Shown here one piece after another: positions 19,299 through 27,758 of a stretch of 41,638 nucleotides of DNA; within the stretch, counting starts at the first letter, position 1; each line of letters opens with the position of its first letter. The notes beneath the pieces were generated by a model. That model ran no database searches. It had not been told where the DNA came from and saw nothing but the letters and a program-made list of their open reading frames with translations. Source of the DNA: a bacterium (lineage in GTDB: Bacteria > JADJOY01); assembly GCA_046331705.1 (NCBI GenBank), contig JAXLQJ010000023.1:62001-103638 (forward strand), read 5' to 3'. The position numbers and the translations under genes were made by a program.

Positions 19299-19889
19299 AT
19301 GGCGCCTGAGACGGCACGGTCCACGTACAACGCCGCCGAGTACCTCGCGCTGGAGCGGGCCTCGGACACTCGCAGCGAGCTCGTGAATGGCCAGATCCTG
19401 GCCATGACCGGCGCGAGTCGGGCGCACAATTTGATCGCGGCGAACATCGGCCGGGAGCTTGGAAACCAGCTCAAAGGTCGCCCCTGCGAGACCTATCAAT
19501 CCGACATGCGGGTGAAGGTTTCGGCGACCGGGCTCTACACCTATCCCGACGTCGTCGTGGTCTGTGGCAAGCCCGAGCTGGAAGACGAGCACGGCGACAC
19601 GCTGCTCAACCCGACCGTGATCCTCGAAGTGCTGTCACCGAGCACCGAGGCGTACGATCGCGGCGAAAAATTCGCTCACTACCAGCGGCTCGAGTCGCTG
19701 CGCGAGTACCTGATGGTCGCGCAGGACAAGCTCCGGATCGAGCACTACGTGCGACAGGGCCGCCAATGGGTGCTCACCGTCACCACCGCCCTCGACGCGA
19801 TCATCGAGCTGATCTCGATCGACTGCCGCTTGGCCGCCCGCGACGTCTACGACCGCATCGAGCTCGATCTCGCGGGATCCGCGCCGTAG
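19299..19889 (+). CDS. Uma2 family (DUF820) putative endonuclease
   Basis: 'YLALERAS..RSELVNGQILAMTGASRAHN...YTYPDVVVVCG...LEVLSPSTEAYDRGEKFAHY...LREYLMVAQD'. Confidence 0.92.
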   Translation: MAPETARSTYNAAEYLALERASDTRSELVNGQILAMTGASRAHNLIAANIGRELGNQLKGRPCETYQSDMRVKVSATGLYTYPDVVVVCGKPELEDEHGDTLLNPTVILEVLSPSTEAYDRGEKFAHYQRLESLREYLMVAQDKLRIEHYVRQGRQWVLTVTTALDAIIELISIDCRLAARDVYDRIELDLAGSAP

Positions 19890-19949
19890 TCCCTTCGCCG
19901 GACCGAGTCGCATCTCGAGCCTCGAAGGGGCTGCTAGAGTCCTCGTCGC

Positions 19950-20933
19950 ATGGCGTCGACGAGGCGATCAAGCGGAGAGCCCGCGGTCGGTAGCGACTCG
20001 TCGCGGCAGCTCGAGCTCTTCGACGGTCCGCACCTCGTTCGCCAGCGCGCGATCGGCCAGATTCTGGACGCGCAGCCCGACGCGGCCTTGCGCACGCTCG
20101 CCGAGGACGACCCGCGCCACCACGCCGACGAGTGGCAGGCGCTCCGCGCGCTCGCCCACGCCGTCGCCGCCGCGCTGACCGAGATCGGCGAACGCCCGCG
20201 CGATCCACGCGGCGCGCTCGCGAGCCAGTCGGCGATCCTGTCCGCGCTCGCTCGCGACCGCGCTCGCCTGCCCGCGTCGGCCGCATCTCGCCTGCACGCC
20301 GCGCTACACGCCAGCGCGCTGGCGGCGGCGAGCGGGCTGCGTCCACCCTTTCTCGACGACGGCACGCCGCTCGGCTGGCTCGCGCTCGAGGCGGGCGACC
20401 CCGATCGCGCTCGCGAGCTGCTCTTCGCCGCACGTGACGCGCGACCCGCCGACGGCCGCGTGCTCGGCTACCTCGGCGACGCGTTCGCCCTCGCGGGCCG
20501 CCGTGCGGAGGCCGCGGCGAGCTATCGCGACGCGCTGTATCACGATCCCGGCGGCATCGACGCCGCCGCGATCCGCGACGAAGGGCTCCGCGAGCTCCTC
20601 GCGGAGGACGAGGGCGAGCCGGACTGGCGCCTGCCTCGCGCGTGCATCGCTGGGGTGCTCCCGGTCGGGTCGGCGGCCATGCCCATCGCCGGCGAGCGCC
20701 CCGCGGCGATCTTCCGCGCCTTGCTCGCCGACGGCGCGGAACCGACGAGCGCACTCGAGCGGGCGCGCCTCTTCTACCTCGGCATGGTGCTGGGCGGGTC
20801 GGGTGCGAGCGCCCGGGGATCGAGCGGCGTCGCCGAGTTGGGCGAGGTGCGCGCCGCCATGAAGCGAGCGAGCCCAACGCTCTTCGCCGACTACATGCGC
20901 TGGCTGCGCGCTCGCCTCGACCTGCCGCTCTGA
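19950..20933 (+). CDS. Hypothetical helical/TPR-like protein
   Basis: Host-like codon use; TPR-like segment 'LGYLGDAFALAGRRAEAAASYRDALYHDP'. Confidence 0.65.
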   Translation: MASTRRSSGEPAVGSDSSRQLELFDGPHLVRQRAIGQILDAQPDAALRTLAEDDPRHHADEWQALRALAHAVAAALTEIGERPRDPRGALASQSAILSALARDRARLPASAASRLHAALHASALAAASGLRPPFLDDGTPLGWLALEAGDPDRARELLFAARDARPADGRVLGYLGDAFALAGRRAEAAASYRDALYHDPGGIDAAAIRDEGLRELLAEDEGEPDWRLPRACIAGVLPVGSAAMPIAGERPAAIFRALLADGAEPTSALERARLFYLGMVLGGSGASARGSSGVAELGEVRAAMKRASPTLFADYMRWLRARLDLPL

Positions 20934-21159
20934 CTCACCGGGCCAGGGTCGAAGCGCGCGAGCCGCACGGGCGACCCCGTTCCGCGCCGCGTGAGCTGGC
21001 GGAGCCTCAGCGCCGGTATCGGGCCGATCGCTTGCTCGGCATCGCCGCTTTCGCCGTGCTTGCCCCCGCCGTCGCGGTGCCGTCGTCGCGGTGGCGCCCA
21101 CGGGATCGCCATGCTAGAGACGCGATCGGCGCCGCTCGGCGCGTGCCACGCCTGCTTCC

Positions 21160-21705
21160 TTGTCGACCGCGCGATCCCGCGAGCCCGCCTTGCCGCACTC
21201 TCGACTGCGCCCGCGGGCGTGCCTCGCGCTGATCGTGCTCGGGCTGCTCCCGCATCCCGCGCGCGCCCAGCCCGACGAGCTCGTGGTCAGCGTCGGCGCG
21301 TTCGATTTCGTGCGCCCGGCGCGGGCGGGGCGCGACCTGCGAACCGCGATCGCCGCGGAGTATCGTCCGGCGATCGAGCTCGGCTGGCTCGAGCCGTTCA
21401 TCGGCTTTCTCGCCACCACCGGCGGCTCGATCCTCGGCTACGGTGGCCTATCGATCGACCTGCCGCTGGTGCGCGACGAGCTGCTGCTCACTCCCAGCCT
21501 CGCGCTGGCGGGCTTCAAGCCCGATCCCAGCGAGGACCTGGGCTCGACCATCGTGTTCCGCACCGGTGCCGACCTGCGCCATCCGATCGCCGCCGTGGCG
21601 TGGATCGGGATCGGCGTCTTTCACGTCTCGAACGGCGGCCTCGCCGATCACAACCCCGGCGCCGAGAGCGTCACGTTGTCCGTCTCCCGCTCGTTCGATT
21701 GGTGA
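21160..21705 (+). CDS. Lipid A 3-O-deacylase (PagL)/acyloxyacyl hydrolase family outer-membrane beta-barrel
   Basis: Signal peptide, amphipathic strands, 'HVSNGGLADHNPGAES' motif; start approximate. Confidence 0.8.
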   Translation: MSTARSREPALPHSRLRPRACLALIVLGLLPHPARAQPDELVVSVGAFDFVRPARAGRDLRTAIAAEYRPAIELGWLEPFIGFLATTGGSILGYGGLSIDLPLVRDELLLTPSLALAGFKPDPSEDLGSTIVFRTGADLRHPIAAVAWIGIGVFHVSNGGLADHNPGAESVTLSVSRSFDW

Positions 21706-21821
21706 GCCAGGTCCGGCGCAACCCCGCGCCATCCAGCTCATGCTCGTTCCGGGCGTCGATGCCGCAAACCGGTGGGTCCCGAGGCAGAAGGATTAGGTGC
21801 GTGCAAGACAGGTCGATCGCG

Positions 21822-22724
21822 TCAGGGCGTGTGCGACGTCCACGCGGCGAAGTCGCCCGACTCGAAGTTGTCGAGGAAGAAGAACCGGCGCTCGAACCAG
21901 GCGCGCACCTCGCCCGGTGCGGCGGGAATCCACTCGTGGAGCGCGTCTGGATCGATCACCTGGCGGTTCGAGATTCCGGCGGCGGTGAGCGCGTCGGCGT
22001 ACGGCTGCATGGTCCAGATCGGCACGATCGGATCGTTGTCGCCGTGCAGGAAGAGCGTCGGCGGATGGTCGAGAGGAATCGGGCCGACGGTGCAGATCCA
22101 GCCGGCGCACGTCGCGTACGAGCCGCTCTGGATCGCGAGCGCGGCGAAACGGCCCGGATACGAGACCGCCATGCGGCTCGTCATGTGGCCACCGCTCGAG
22201 ATGCCCGCGGCATAGAGGCTCGTTCCGTCGAGCGGGCCGAAGGATCCCGCGTCGATCTCGCTCAGGATCCGCAGCATGAAGGCATGGTCGTTCGACGACT
22301 TGTACTCCTCGCCGAACAGGTTGTTCGTGTCCCACTGGCCCGCGCCGTCGAAATGGGTCTCGGGCGTCAGCACCGCGTAGCCGTGGTCGAGCAGGTCCTC
22401 GACCACCTGGGTCTGGTAGTAGGCACCAAAGGGCAGGATCTTCGACGCATGCCACGTGAATTCCGCCGAGATCCACGAGCCCTGGAACATGATCACCGCA
22501 GGCCAGCCCGAGGGGGGCGGCGCTCCGCCCGGGAGCTCGAAGTGGACCTCGCGGTGCTCGTCTTCGATGTCGAAGGCCGTGGTTTCGTGCGGGCAGACCA
22601 GCTCGTAATTATCGATGTAGCAGACCGACCCGGGTGGCACCGGGTCCGGGTCGGGAATGCGCGTGAACGCCGTGAGGAGGAAGGCGAACGAGAGGAGCGA
22701 GATGTTCCGAATCGCGACCTTCAT
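21822..22724 (-). CDS. phaZ: Extracellular medium-chain-length PHA depolymerase-like alpha/beta hydrolase
   Basis: Signal peptide; 'GWPAVIMFQGS', 'LLDHGYAVL', lipase box GISSGG, 'TSRMAVSYPGRF..LAIQSGSYATC', 'DHPPTLFLHG..D', 'HEW' closely follow Pseudomonas fluorescens GK13-type PhaZ as recalled. Confidence 0.78.
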   Translation of the reverse strand: MKVAIRNISLLSFAFLLTAFTRIPDPDPVPPGSVCYIDNYELVCPHETTAFDIEDEHREVHFELPGGAPPPSGWPAVIMFQGSWISAEFTWHASKILPFGAYYQTQVVEDLLDHGYAVLTPETHFDGAGQWDTNNLFGEEYKSSNDHAFMLRILSEIDAGSFGPLDGTSLYAAGISSGGHMTSRMAVSYPGRFAALAIQSGSYATCAGWICTVGPIPLDHPPTLFLHGDNDPIVPIWTMQPYADALTAAGISNRQVIDPDALHEWIPAAPGEVRAWFERRFFFLDNFESGDFAAWTSHTP

Positions 22725-22983
22725 GCTGTATCCATCGTCGACGAAGTCGTCGGTCCCCTCGAGCCCGGTGTCGCGATGTGCGCACCCGCGCCGACCACCG
22801 CCCCTCGGCGCCACGTGACCCCGAGCTCGCCGTCCCGCGCCGGCACGATCACCCAACCCAGATTTGAGCAGCGGGAACAGACTACAGCGTGATCGAGACG
22901 CGCGCACCCCGCGTGTAGTCACGCCGCGGCGTCGAGCCCGCCTTCCCCCGCTCGGCAGTCGCTCTGCCACCTGGGGCGCAGCT

Positions 22984-23256
22984 TCACAAGCAGTCGACGT
23001 ATCCCGCCCAGAATCGAACACCGAAGCAGCCAGCTCGGCCTAGGCGTACGCCAGCGCAGTGAAGCATCTGCCCTCGGCGGCAGTCCCGATCCATGACCGG
23101 TCCGAAAACGAACTGTGACGCCAGGCTGGCTGTGAGGAAGAGAAGGACTGCGAGCCGAGCTTTGAAGAGCCTGGGACGACGGCCGCGACGCAACCCAAGC
23201 CCGAAATACCAAGCGCAGACCATGCCGATGACGACAAGCGCAGTCCCGGCAGTCAT
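22984..23256 (-). CDS. Possible distal cassette ORF, small membrane protein (possibly decayed)
   Basis: Starts 6 nt after core site GTTCAGG (23263-23269); two hydrophobic segments. Confidence 0.4.
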   Translation of the reverse strand: MTAGTALVVIGMVCAWYFGLGLRRGRRPRLFKARLAVLLFLTASLASQFVFGPVMDRDCRRGQMLHCAGVRLGRAGCFGVRFWAGYVDCL

Positions 23257-23262
23257 TGGCCG

Positions 23263-23385
23263 CCTGAACGAATCAGCTCAGCCGCGCGCGGGGCGGGCGA
23301 ATCGCGCCGGTAATGCGTCGCCGCAACGGACGGCCGGACGTCTCACCCATGCAGGGCCCGCTCCACGATCGATTGGACCCGGGCA
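23263..23385 (-). other. Degenerate attC site
   Basis: Intact L'/R' end (plus strand CCTGAAC-GAATCA-GCTCAGCCG-CGCGCGGGGCGGG). Partner arm CCCGCTCCACG is present but L''/R'' are eroded. Confidence 0.55.
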
Positions 23386-24091
23386 AGCGAGATCCCGCGG
23401 CGCTGCTCGATGCTCAACGGATGGTCAGTCGCCCTGAGCTCGATGAACGGCCGCTCTCCCACCGGCCGCGTATGAACTTGGGTCTCGAGGCTGAGCGTGG
23501 ACGGCTCGTAAGGCAGGGCAGTCTGCAACCAGCCAAAGTAAGTGGGCTCAGCTTCTCTCCCCGGTACCGTCCAAAGCTGCTGCGCGCGCACGAAATTTCG
23601 CTCGCTCAGCGACACCTGAGCACACCCGCGGCCACGGACCACCGCGCGATCACCCGCATTCTCACCCGCGGTGAACCCTTCAACCGGGAGCGTTTCATGA
23701 AAACGTAACGATCTTGGGGAAGCGCGGGTGAGCCCGATGTCTAACTGGGATCCGCAAGGGTCGAGCTCCAGCAATGACGCTCCGCGAATCGTCTGCTTCG
23801 AGCAGCACCCGGACGTCATGAGCCACGTGCCCGGACAACCGTTCGTTTTGACTGGCCGCCCGCGCTTGCCCCGCTTTTCAGTACGTACTCGAGACGATGG
23901 TCTTTCGCTGGCTCTGCTCCTTCCCGAGCCCGCAACCAACTGGCTTCGAGCCTGACGCTTTGAATGGGACGGGAAAGGACACGAAATGGTTTCTAGGTCG
24001 CCGCGTGCTCTCTGCGCGGCACCGCCGTGAGGCGGTCGAACCTCGATAGGTGTTTGGTGCAGCGCCACGTTCGTGAGCGCCCGCGCCGTAC

Positions 24092-24213
24092 CGGAAACGA
24101 AGTCAGAGTCCGTCAAGCGCAAGGCCACGAGTCGAGGATGCGATCGACGACGAGAAACACGTCGCACAGGAGAGGTTCACACTTGACGGACGGGGGCCTT
24201 ATAGGAGTTCGAC
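24092..24213 (-). other. Candidate atypical attC site
   Basis: R'' GTCGAAC is the exact complement of the cassette start GTTCGAC (25194-25200). 10-bp stem GTCCGTCAAG (24108-24117)/CTTGACGGAC (24182-24191). Candidate R' GTTTCCG. Confidence 0.45.
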
Positions 24214-24279
24214 CGCTCGGTACGAATGTTCCCGGCCGCTCAACGCCTACCGTGCCAAGCTCGCGCGGCAATTTTGCCG

Positions 24280-24555
24280 CTACTTCTTGAAGACCAGCCA
24301 GTCGGACATGGGGACGGCTGAGCCCACAAACTCCCATCCATCGTTTGCGTACTTGTCGAAGACCTTCTGAATGTCGTCCGTTCCGAGCTCGATATGGTTT
24401 CGCTTTCCGGCCTCCTTGCTAAGCTCTACGATCTTGTAAGTCGTCTTGCCTAATGCCTTTGCCTCCCTAACCCCGCCCAGGACCTGTACAGCCATGTTAG
24501 ATGCCAGCAAAAGGACGACCACAGTCAACAGCACGTCTCGAAGTCGATTTTTCAT
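24280..24555 (-). CDS. Cassette gene, small exported DUF4177-like protein
   Basis: RBS GAGGAG, N-terminal TM, 'YKIVEL...QKVFDKYANDGWEFVG...LVFKK'. Confidence 0.7.
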   Translation of the reverse strand: MKNRLRDVLLTVVVLLLASNMAVQVLGGVREAKALGKTTYKIVELSKEAGKRNHIELGTDDIQKVFDKYANDGWEFVGSAVPMSDWLVFKK

Positions 24556-24572
24556 GCTCTCTTCTCCTCAGC

Positions 24573-24983
24573 TCAGCTGGCGGGTCCGAATCCGATCCAG
24601 GTCTTGTCCTGCGTCCACTCCTCATCGGTCCATTCCTTAACGACGGAATCATCGCGCTCGAACAATCGGTGTGTCCTGATGCCGAGGTAGCCACCGAGTC
24701 GGTTCTTGGAATTGCACGAGAACGTCACCAGATAGCCGAAGGACGCAGGCAGATACCGCCGGCCCTCGCGGCGAATCCACCACATCTTCTTGGGCGAGTC
24801 GACTTTCAAGTCCTGAACTGCGTGCGGGTCGAAAAATGACCGACTGATATAGTCGTCTACGAGACGGGCTACGTCTTGTGGATATTTGCCGTAATCGGCG
24901 GAGGCGATTTCAGCCGCCGTAGGCTGTACCCATGATGCACATCCGCACATGACTAGCAAGAGGGCAAGTAGAATCCGCTTCAT
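24573..24983 (-). CDS. Cassette gene, putative lipoprotein
   Basis: RBS GAGGAGG; 'MKRILLALLLVMCGC' lipobox-like; 'ADYGKYP...DP...NSKNRLGGYLG'. Confidence 0.75.
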   Translation of the reverse strand: MKRILLALLLVMCGCASWVQPTAAEIASADYGKYPQDVARLVDDYISRSFFDPHAVQDLKVDSPKKMWWIRREGRRYLPASFGYLVTFSCNSKNRLGGYLGIRTHRLFERDDSVVKEWTDEEWTQDKTWIGFGPAS

Positions 24984-25193
24984 GGTGCGTCCCTCCTCAA
25001 GGGCGAGCCCGGAGTGAGGATCTCTTTGCCACAACGATTAGTTACGTAAGGACACCGGTTGTGCCCGCGCCGGCATCGCTTTGTATTGTTGACTGATTGC
25101 TGAATCGGAATGCTTCGGCACGGCGCCAGGCGCATCCTGCATCAGAAGCCGCTTGTCGGTCAACGCACCTCGCCATTTGAAACAAACTGCCTG

Positions 25194-25285
25194 GTCGAAC
25201 CCGAAGCTCAGCAGCGGCCGCGGACTACCACGAGTTCCAGACGAGCCCGTCCCGGGTTGCCGTCTGCTGCAGCGCCGAGTTGGGC
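25194..25285 (-). other. attC site (92 bp)
   Basis: Minus strand GCCCAAC-TCGGC-GCTGCAGCAG-A-CGGC...GCCG-CTGCTGAGC-TTCGG-GTTCGAC. R'' complements cassette start GTTGGGCGA. Confidence 0.92.
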
Positions 25286-25289
25286 GACC

Positions 25290-25814
25290 TTAGACACACT
25301 TGCCGATTCCCCACCGAGTGAACCTCCAGCGCCCATCCGTCTTCGTGAAAGCCGCCGGACGAGTACAGCAGCACAGATAATTTTTGGTAGATGCCTGCGG
25401 GGCGGCGAGGCTTGTGCCGAGAACCAGGCTGCCAGCGCTGCCGGTAATCTGAGGTTCCCAGGCCGCGACGAAGAAGACCTCGGTGCCGGTGGCATCCGCC
25501 TGCGCCTGAGCCTCGTCTCGACTGATGAGGCGAATGCTGCGGCCCGCCGGCCTGGGAATGTCCGCTAGCGTGAGGGTCAGGATGCCGGCGCCGGACCGCG
25601 CTTCGTTCAGCACCGTCACGCTGTCCGCCTGGGACGCAAGGCCGATATCAGGAAGGTCGTTTGCGGTGATGCGGTCAGCCAACGCGAATCCGACGAAGGC
25701 AACTCTATCCCGGATCTCGCTTCCGGAAGCGTCTCCGGACTGCGGAGCCGTCGTCGCCGTGCATGCGGCTAGGACGGCCATCAGAGTCGCCACGAGCTCG
25801 AGCCTACCTTGCAT
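25290..25814 (-). CDS. Cassette gene, putative lipoprotein
   Basis: 'MQGRLELVATLMAVLAAC' lipobox; bounded by core site GTTGGGC and the attC at 25194-25285. Confidence 0.75.
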   Translation of the reverse strand: MQGRLELVATLMAVLAACTATTAPQSGDASGSEIRDRVAFVGFALADRITANDLPDIGLASQADSVTVLNEARSGAGILTLTLADIPRPAGRSIRLISRDEAQAQADATGTEVFFVAAWEPQITGSAGSLVLGTSLAAPQASTKNYLCCCTRPAAFTKTDGRWRFTRWGIGKCV

Positions 25815-25827
25815 AAATCTGTTGCTC

Positions 25828-25927
25828 GCCCAACGAAAAGGATTCTGTCCAGCGTGCTCGGGCCGAGATTGTGCGTCGTCCGGAGCGAGAGCCGGCCCCG
25901 AGCGGTCTGGATAGGATCGTGTTGGAC
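25828..25927 (-). other. attC site of a second sequence type (100 bp)
   Basis: Minus strand GTCCAAC-AC-GATCCTATCCAG..CGCTCGGG...CCCGAGCA..CTGGACAGAATC-CTTTTC-GTTGGGC hairpin. Confidence 0.75.
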
Positions 25928-26641
25928 TAGACCGCGGTGGGAGGCCGTAGGCGTCTTCCCCTATGGGGATTGTTGAGGAGGACGGTCCCGCGGTCAAGGG
26001 CGGCGGGTGGGGTTGTGGATGGCAGGATGGCCGGGAACGGACCGTTCGAGCGTCGGTGGCACCGGTACGATCGCTCGCGACGGGCTACCGGAGAGTGAGA
26101 CAGACATGGCCGTGCCAACCGGTGGGCGCGGGTTCGGGGAACCGGCCGTTTGGGTGGTCCAGATCGTCGGACCGGGCACCGCGCAGCTATGGAGATTGAA
26201 TAGGGGTCTGGAGGTTCTCGGACCCCGACACTCGTCGTCTCCGCGTTCGATTGCGGCCAACCACCCAGAATCACAGGATGAGTTTCCCGAACGCTTGGGC
26301 GGGGCATCGCGCCGCCACCGAGGCAGGCCGTGGTGGCGTCGCCAGCTCGCACGAGGGGCTCCTCGGGGAGCAGACCGTGTGGGCGGACATCACCGCCGAA
26401 CGCGGACGCCCACGAACGGACGACTGGGATCCGCGCGCCAGGTACCACGCCTGAAGCCCCTGGTCTCGATCTTGCGGCTGGATCCGAGTGGGCTGCAACT
26501 CCGATTACCGTCGGCAGACGTGCCCCGGATGTCGCGCATCGATTCGGGGGACACGAGCTCAAGCGAGCTGGCGTGGAGCGTGGACCCGTTGGCAATGGAC
26601 AAAGGTGGCAGCGCCCGTGGGACCTACCGCGCAGCGGTTTA

Positions 26642-26733
26642 GTTCAACGCCAAGCTCACCTGCGGCCACGGACTACCACGGGATCCAGACGAGCGCCACC
26701 ACGGGTGCCGTTAGGTGCAGCGACGAGTTGGAC
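26642..26733 (-). other. attC site (92 bp)
   Basis: Minus strand GTCCAAC-TCGTC-GCTGCACCTA-A-CGGC...GCCG-CAGGTGAGC-TTGGC-GTTGAAC. R'' complements cassette start GTTGGACAT. Confidence 0.92.
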
Positions 26734-26745
26734 ATCCCTCTCGGG

Positions 26746-27108
26746 TCAGTCGCTGTCACGGTATGCGCTGAGTGCGTTGAAGAGTGGAGGGATGAATGCA
26801 ATCACTGCGGTCGCGAACCAGGTCCCCTGATCACCCGCCGCGATACGAGCGAAGTACTCCTGAAGCGACGCAATGAAGCCATCGTGCGAAGTGCCTGGCG
26901 CGAGCGCGAGCGGCGTGATGAGAAGCAGGAAAACGAACGGGACAGCCCACGACGCGAAGGCACCACGCCTTGAGAACGCCTGCTGTGCCCGAAATGTGGA
27001 CACCCGAACCTGACCCCATACGCAAACAACGCAGACAAGGACCACGGTCGCGAGCCAGGCCAGGAGCCAACCCGCGAACAGAAGCGTTGAAAGCTTGTTG
27101 GTCGGCAT
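26746..27108 (-). CDS. Cassette gene, hypothetical membrane protein
   Basis: ATG directly after core site GTTGGAC; three hydrophobic segments; stop 12 nt before attC. Confidence 0.7.
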   Translation of the reverse strand: MPTNKLSTLLFAGWLLAWLATVVLVCVVCVWGQVRVSTFRAQQAFSRRGAFASWAVPFVFLLLITPLALAPGTSHDGFIASLQEYFARIAAGDQGTWFATAVIAFIPPLFNALSAYRDSD

Positions 27109-27199
27109 GTCCAACCTAAAGCCGAGCTGCGGCTACTGACCACCACGAGATCACAACGAGTGCACCTCGCTCGCCGTCAGCTTCGGCGACGAGTTCGAG
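27109..27199 (-). other. attC site (91 bp)
   Basis: Minus strand CTCGAAC-TCGTC-GCCGAAGCTG-A-CGGC...GCCG-CAGCTCGGC-TTTAG-GTTGGAC. Confidence 0.88.
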
Positions 27200-27558
27200 G
27201 ATCGCCGGACTCTTAGTAGGTTGCCGGCTGCGGCGGCCGCGAGCGCCAGCACGGGTGAGAGATAGGCCCCCGCAACAGCGGCCGTGGGGAGTTCGTGTCT
27301 TATGGCATCGCCGAACGGCGAAGACTCCAAACGCCACACTCCATTCAGAGCGACCAGCAAGAGTGGAATCGTCAACAGGGCGCCGATCCAGAGGCGAGTT
27401 GACCAAGCAACGAGAAGCGCGGTGGAAACCAGCGCGGCATTCGCCCAATACGAGAGTGTTGAGCCGCAGTCGGTCTTGTCACACACCTCGGCGTTGGCGA
27501 CAGCCGGCACAAGAAGTGACGCTATCGAAACGAGTGTACGTAGTTGGCGCCGATTCAT
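27151..27558 (-). CDS. Cassette gene, membrane protein with signal peptide (ORF ends inside its attC)
   Basis: ATG 2 nt after core site GTTCGTC; 'ANA-EVCDK' then about three TM segments. Confidence 0.7.
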   Translation of the reverse strand: MNRRQLRTLVSIASLLVPAVANAEVCDKTDCGSTLSYWANAALVSTALLVAWSTRLWIGALLTIPLLLVALNGVWRLESSPFGDAIRHELPTAAVAGAYLSPVLALAAAAAGNLLRVRRSSNSSPKLTASEVHSL

Positions 27559-27560
27559 TC

Positions 27561-27650
27561 GACGAACGCCAAGCTCACCAGCGGCCACGGGCTACCACGC
27601 GATCAACCCTGGGCAGCCTGGGAGCCGACTGGTGCAGCGAATAGTTCTGC
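27561..27650 (-). other. attC site (90 bp)
   Basis: Minus strand GCAGAAC-TATTC-GCTGCACCAG-T-CGGC...GCCG-CTGGTGAGC-TTGGC-GTTCGTC. Confidence 0.92.
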
Positions 27651-27758
27651 ACGCGGCCCATCAAATGAGCCAACTTCGCCAGCTGCGGACCGTGCGAGAG
27701 CACGGAAGTCTGTGGCCCCTTGGCGACGTCGGAGGCCCTGGATCTTTCCTTCACGAGC

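Noticed and set aside
19299-19889. Uma2 gene as a defence or mobile system
   Set aside because: Solitary member of a commonly expanded family, with no partner genes or flanking repeats seen.
21822-22980. phaZ as an integron cassette
   Set aside because: No attC hairpin found downstream and no clear core site at its start.
23313-24337. ORFs 23313-23708, 23343-24167, 23728-23955 and 24113-24337
   Set aside because: No recognisable motifs or RBS, and they run across attC relics.
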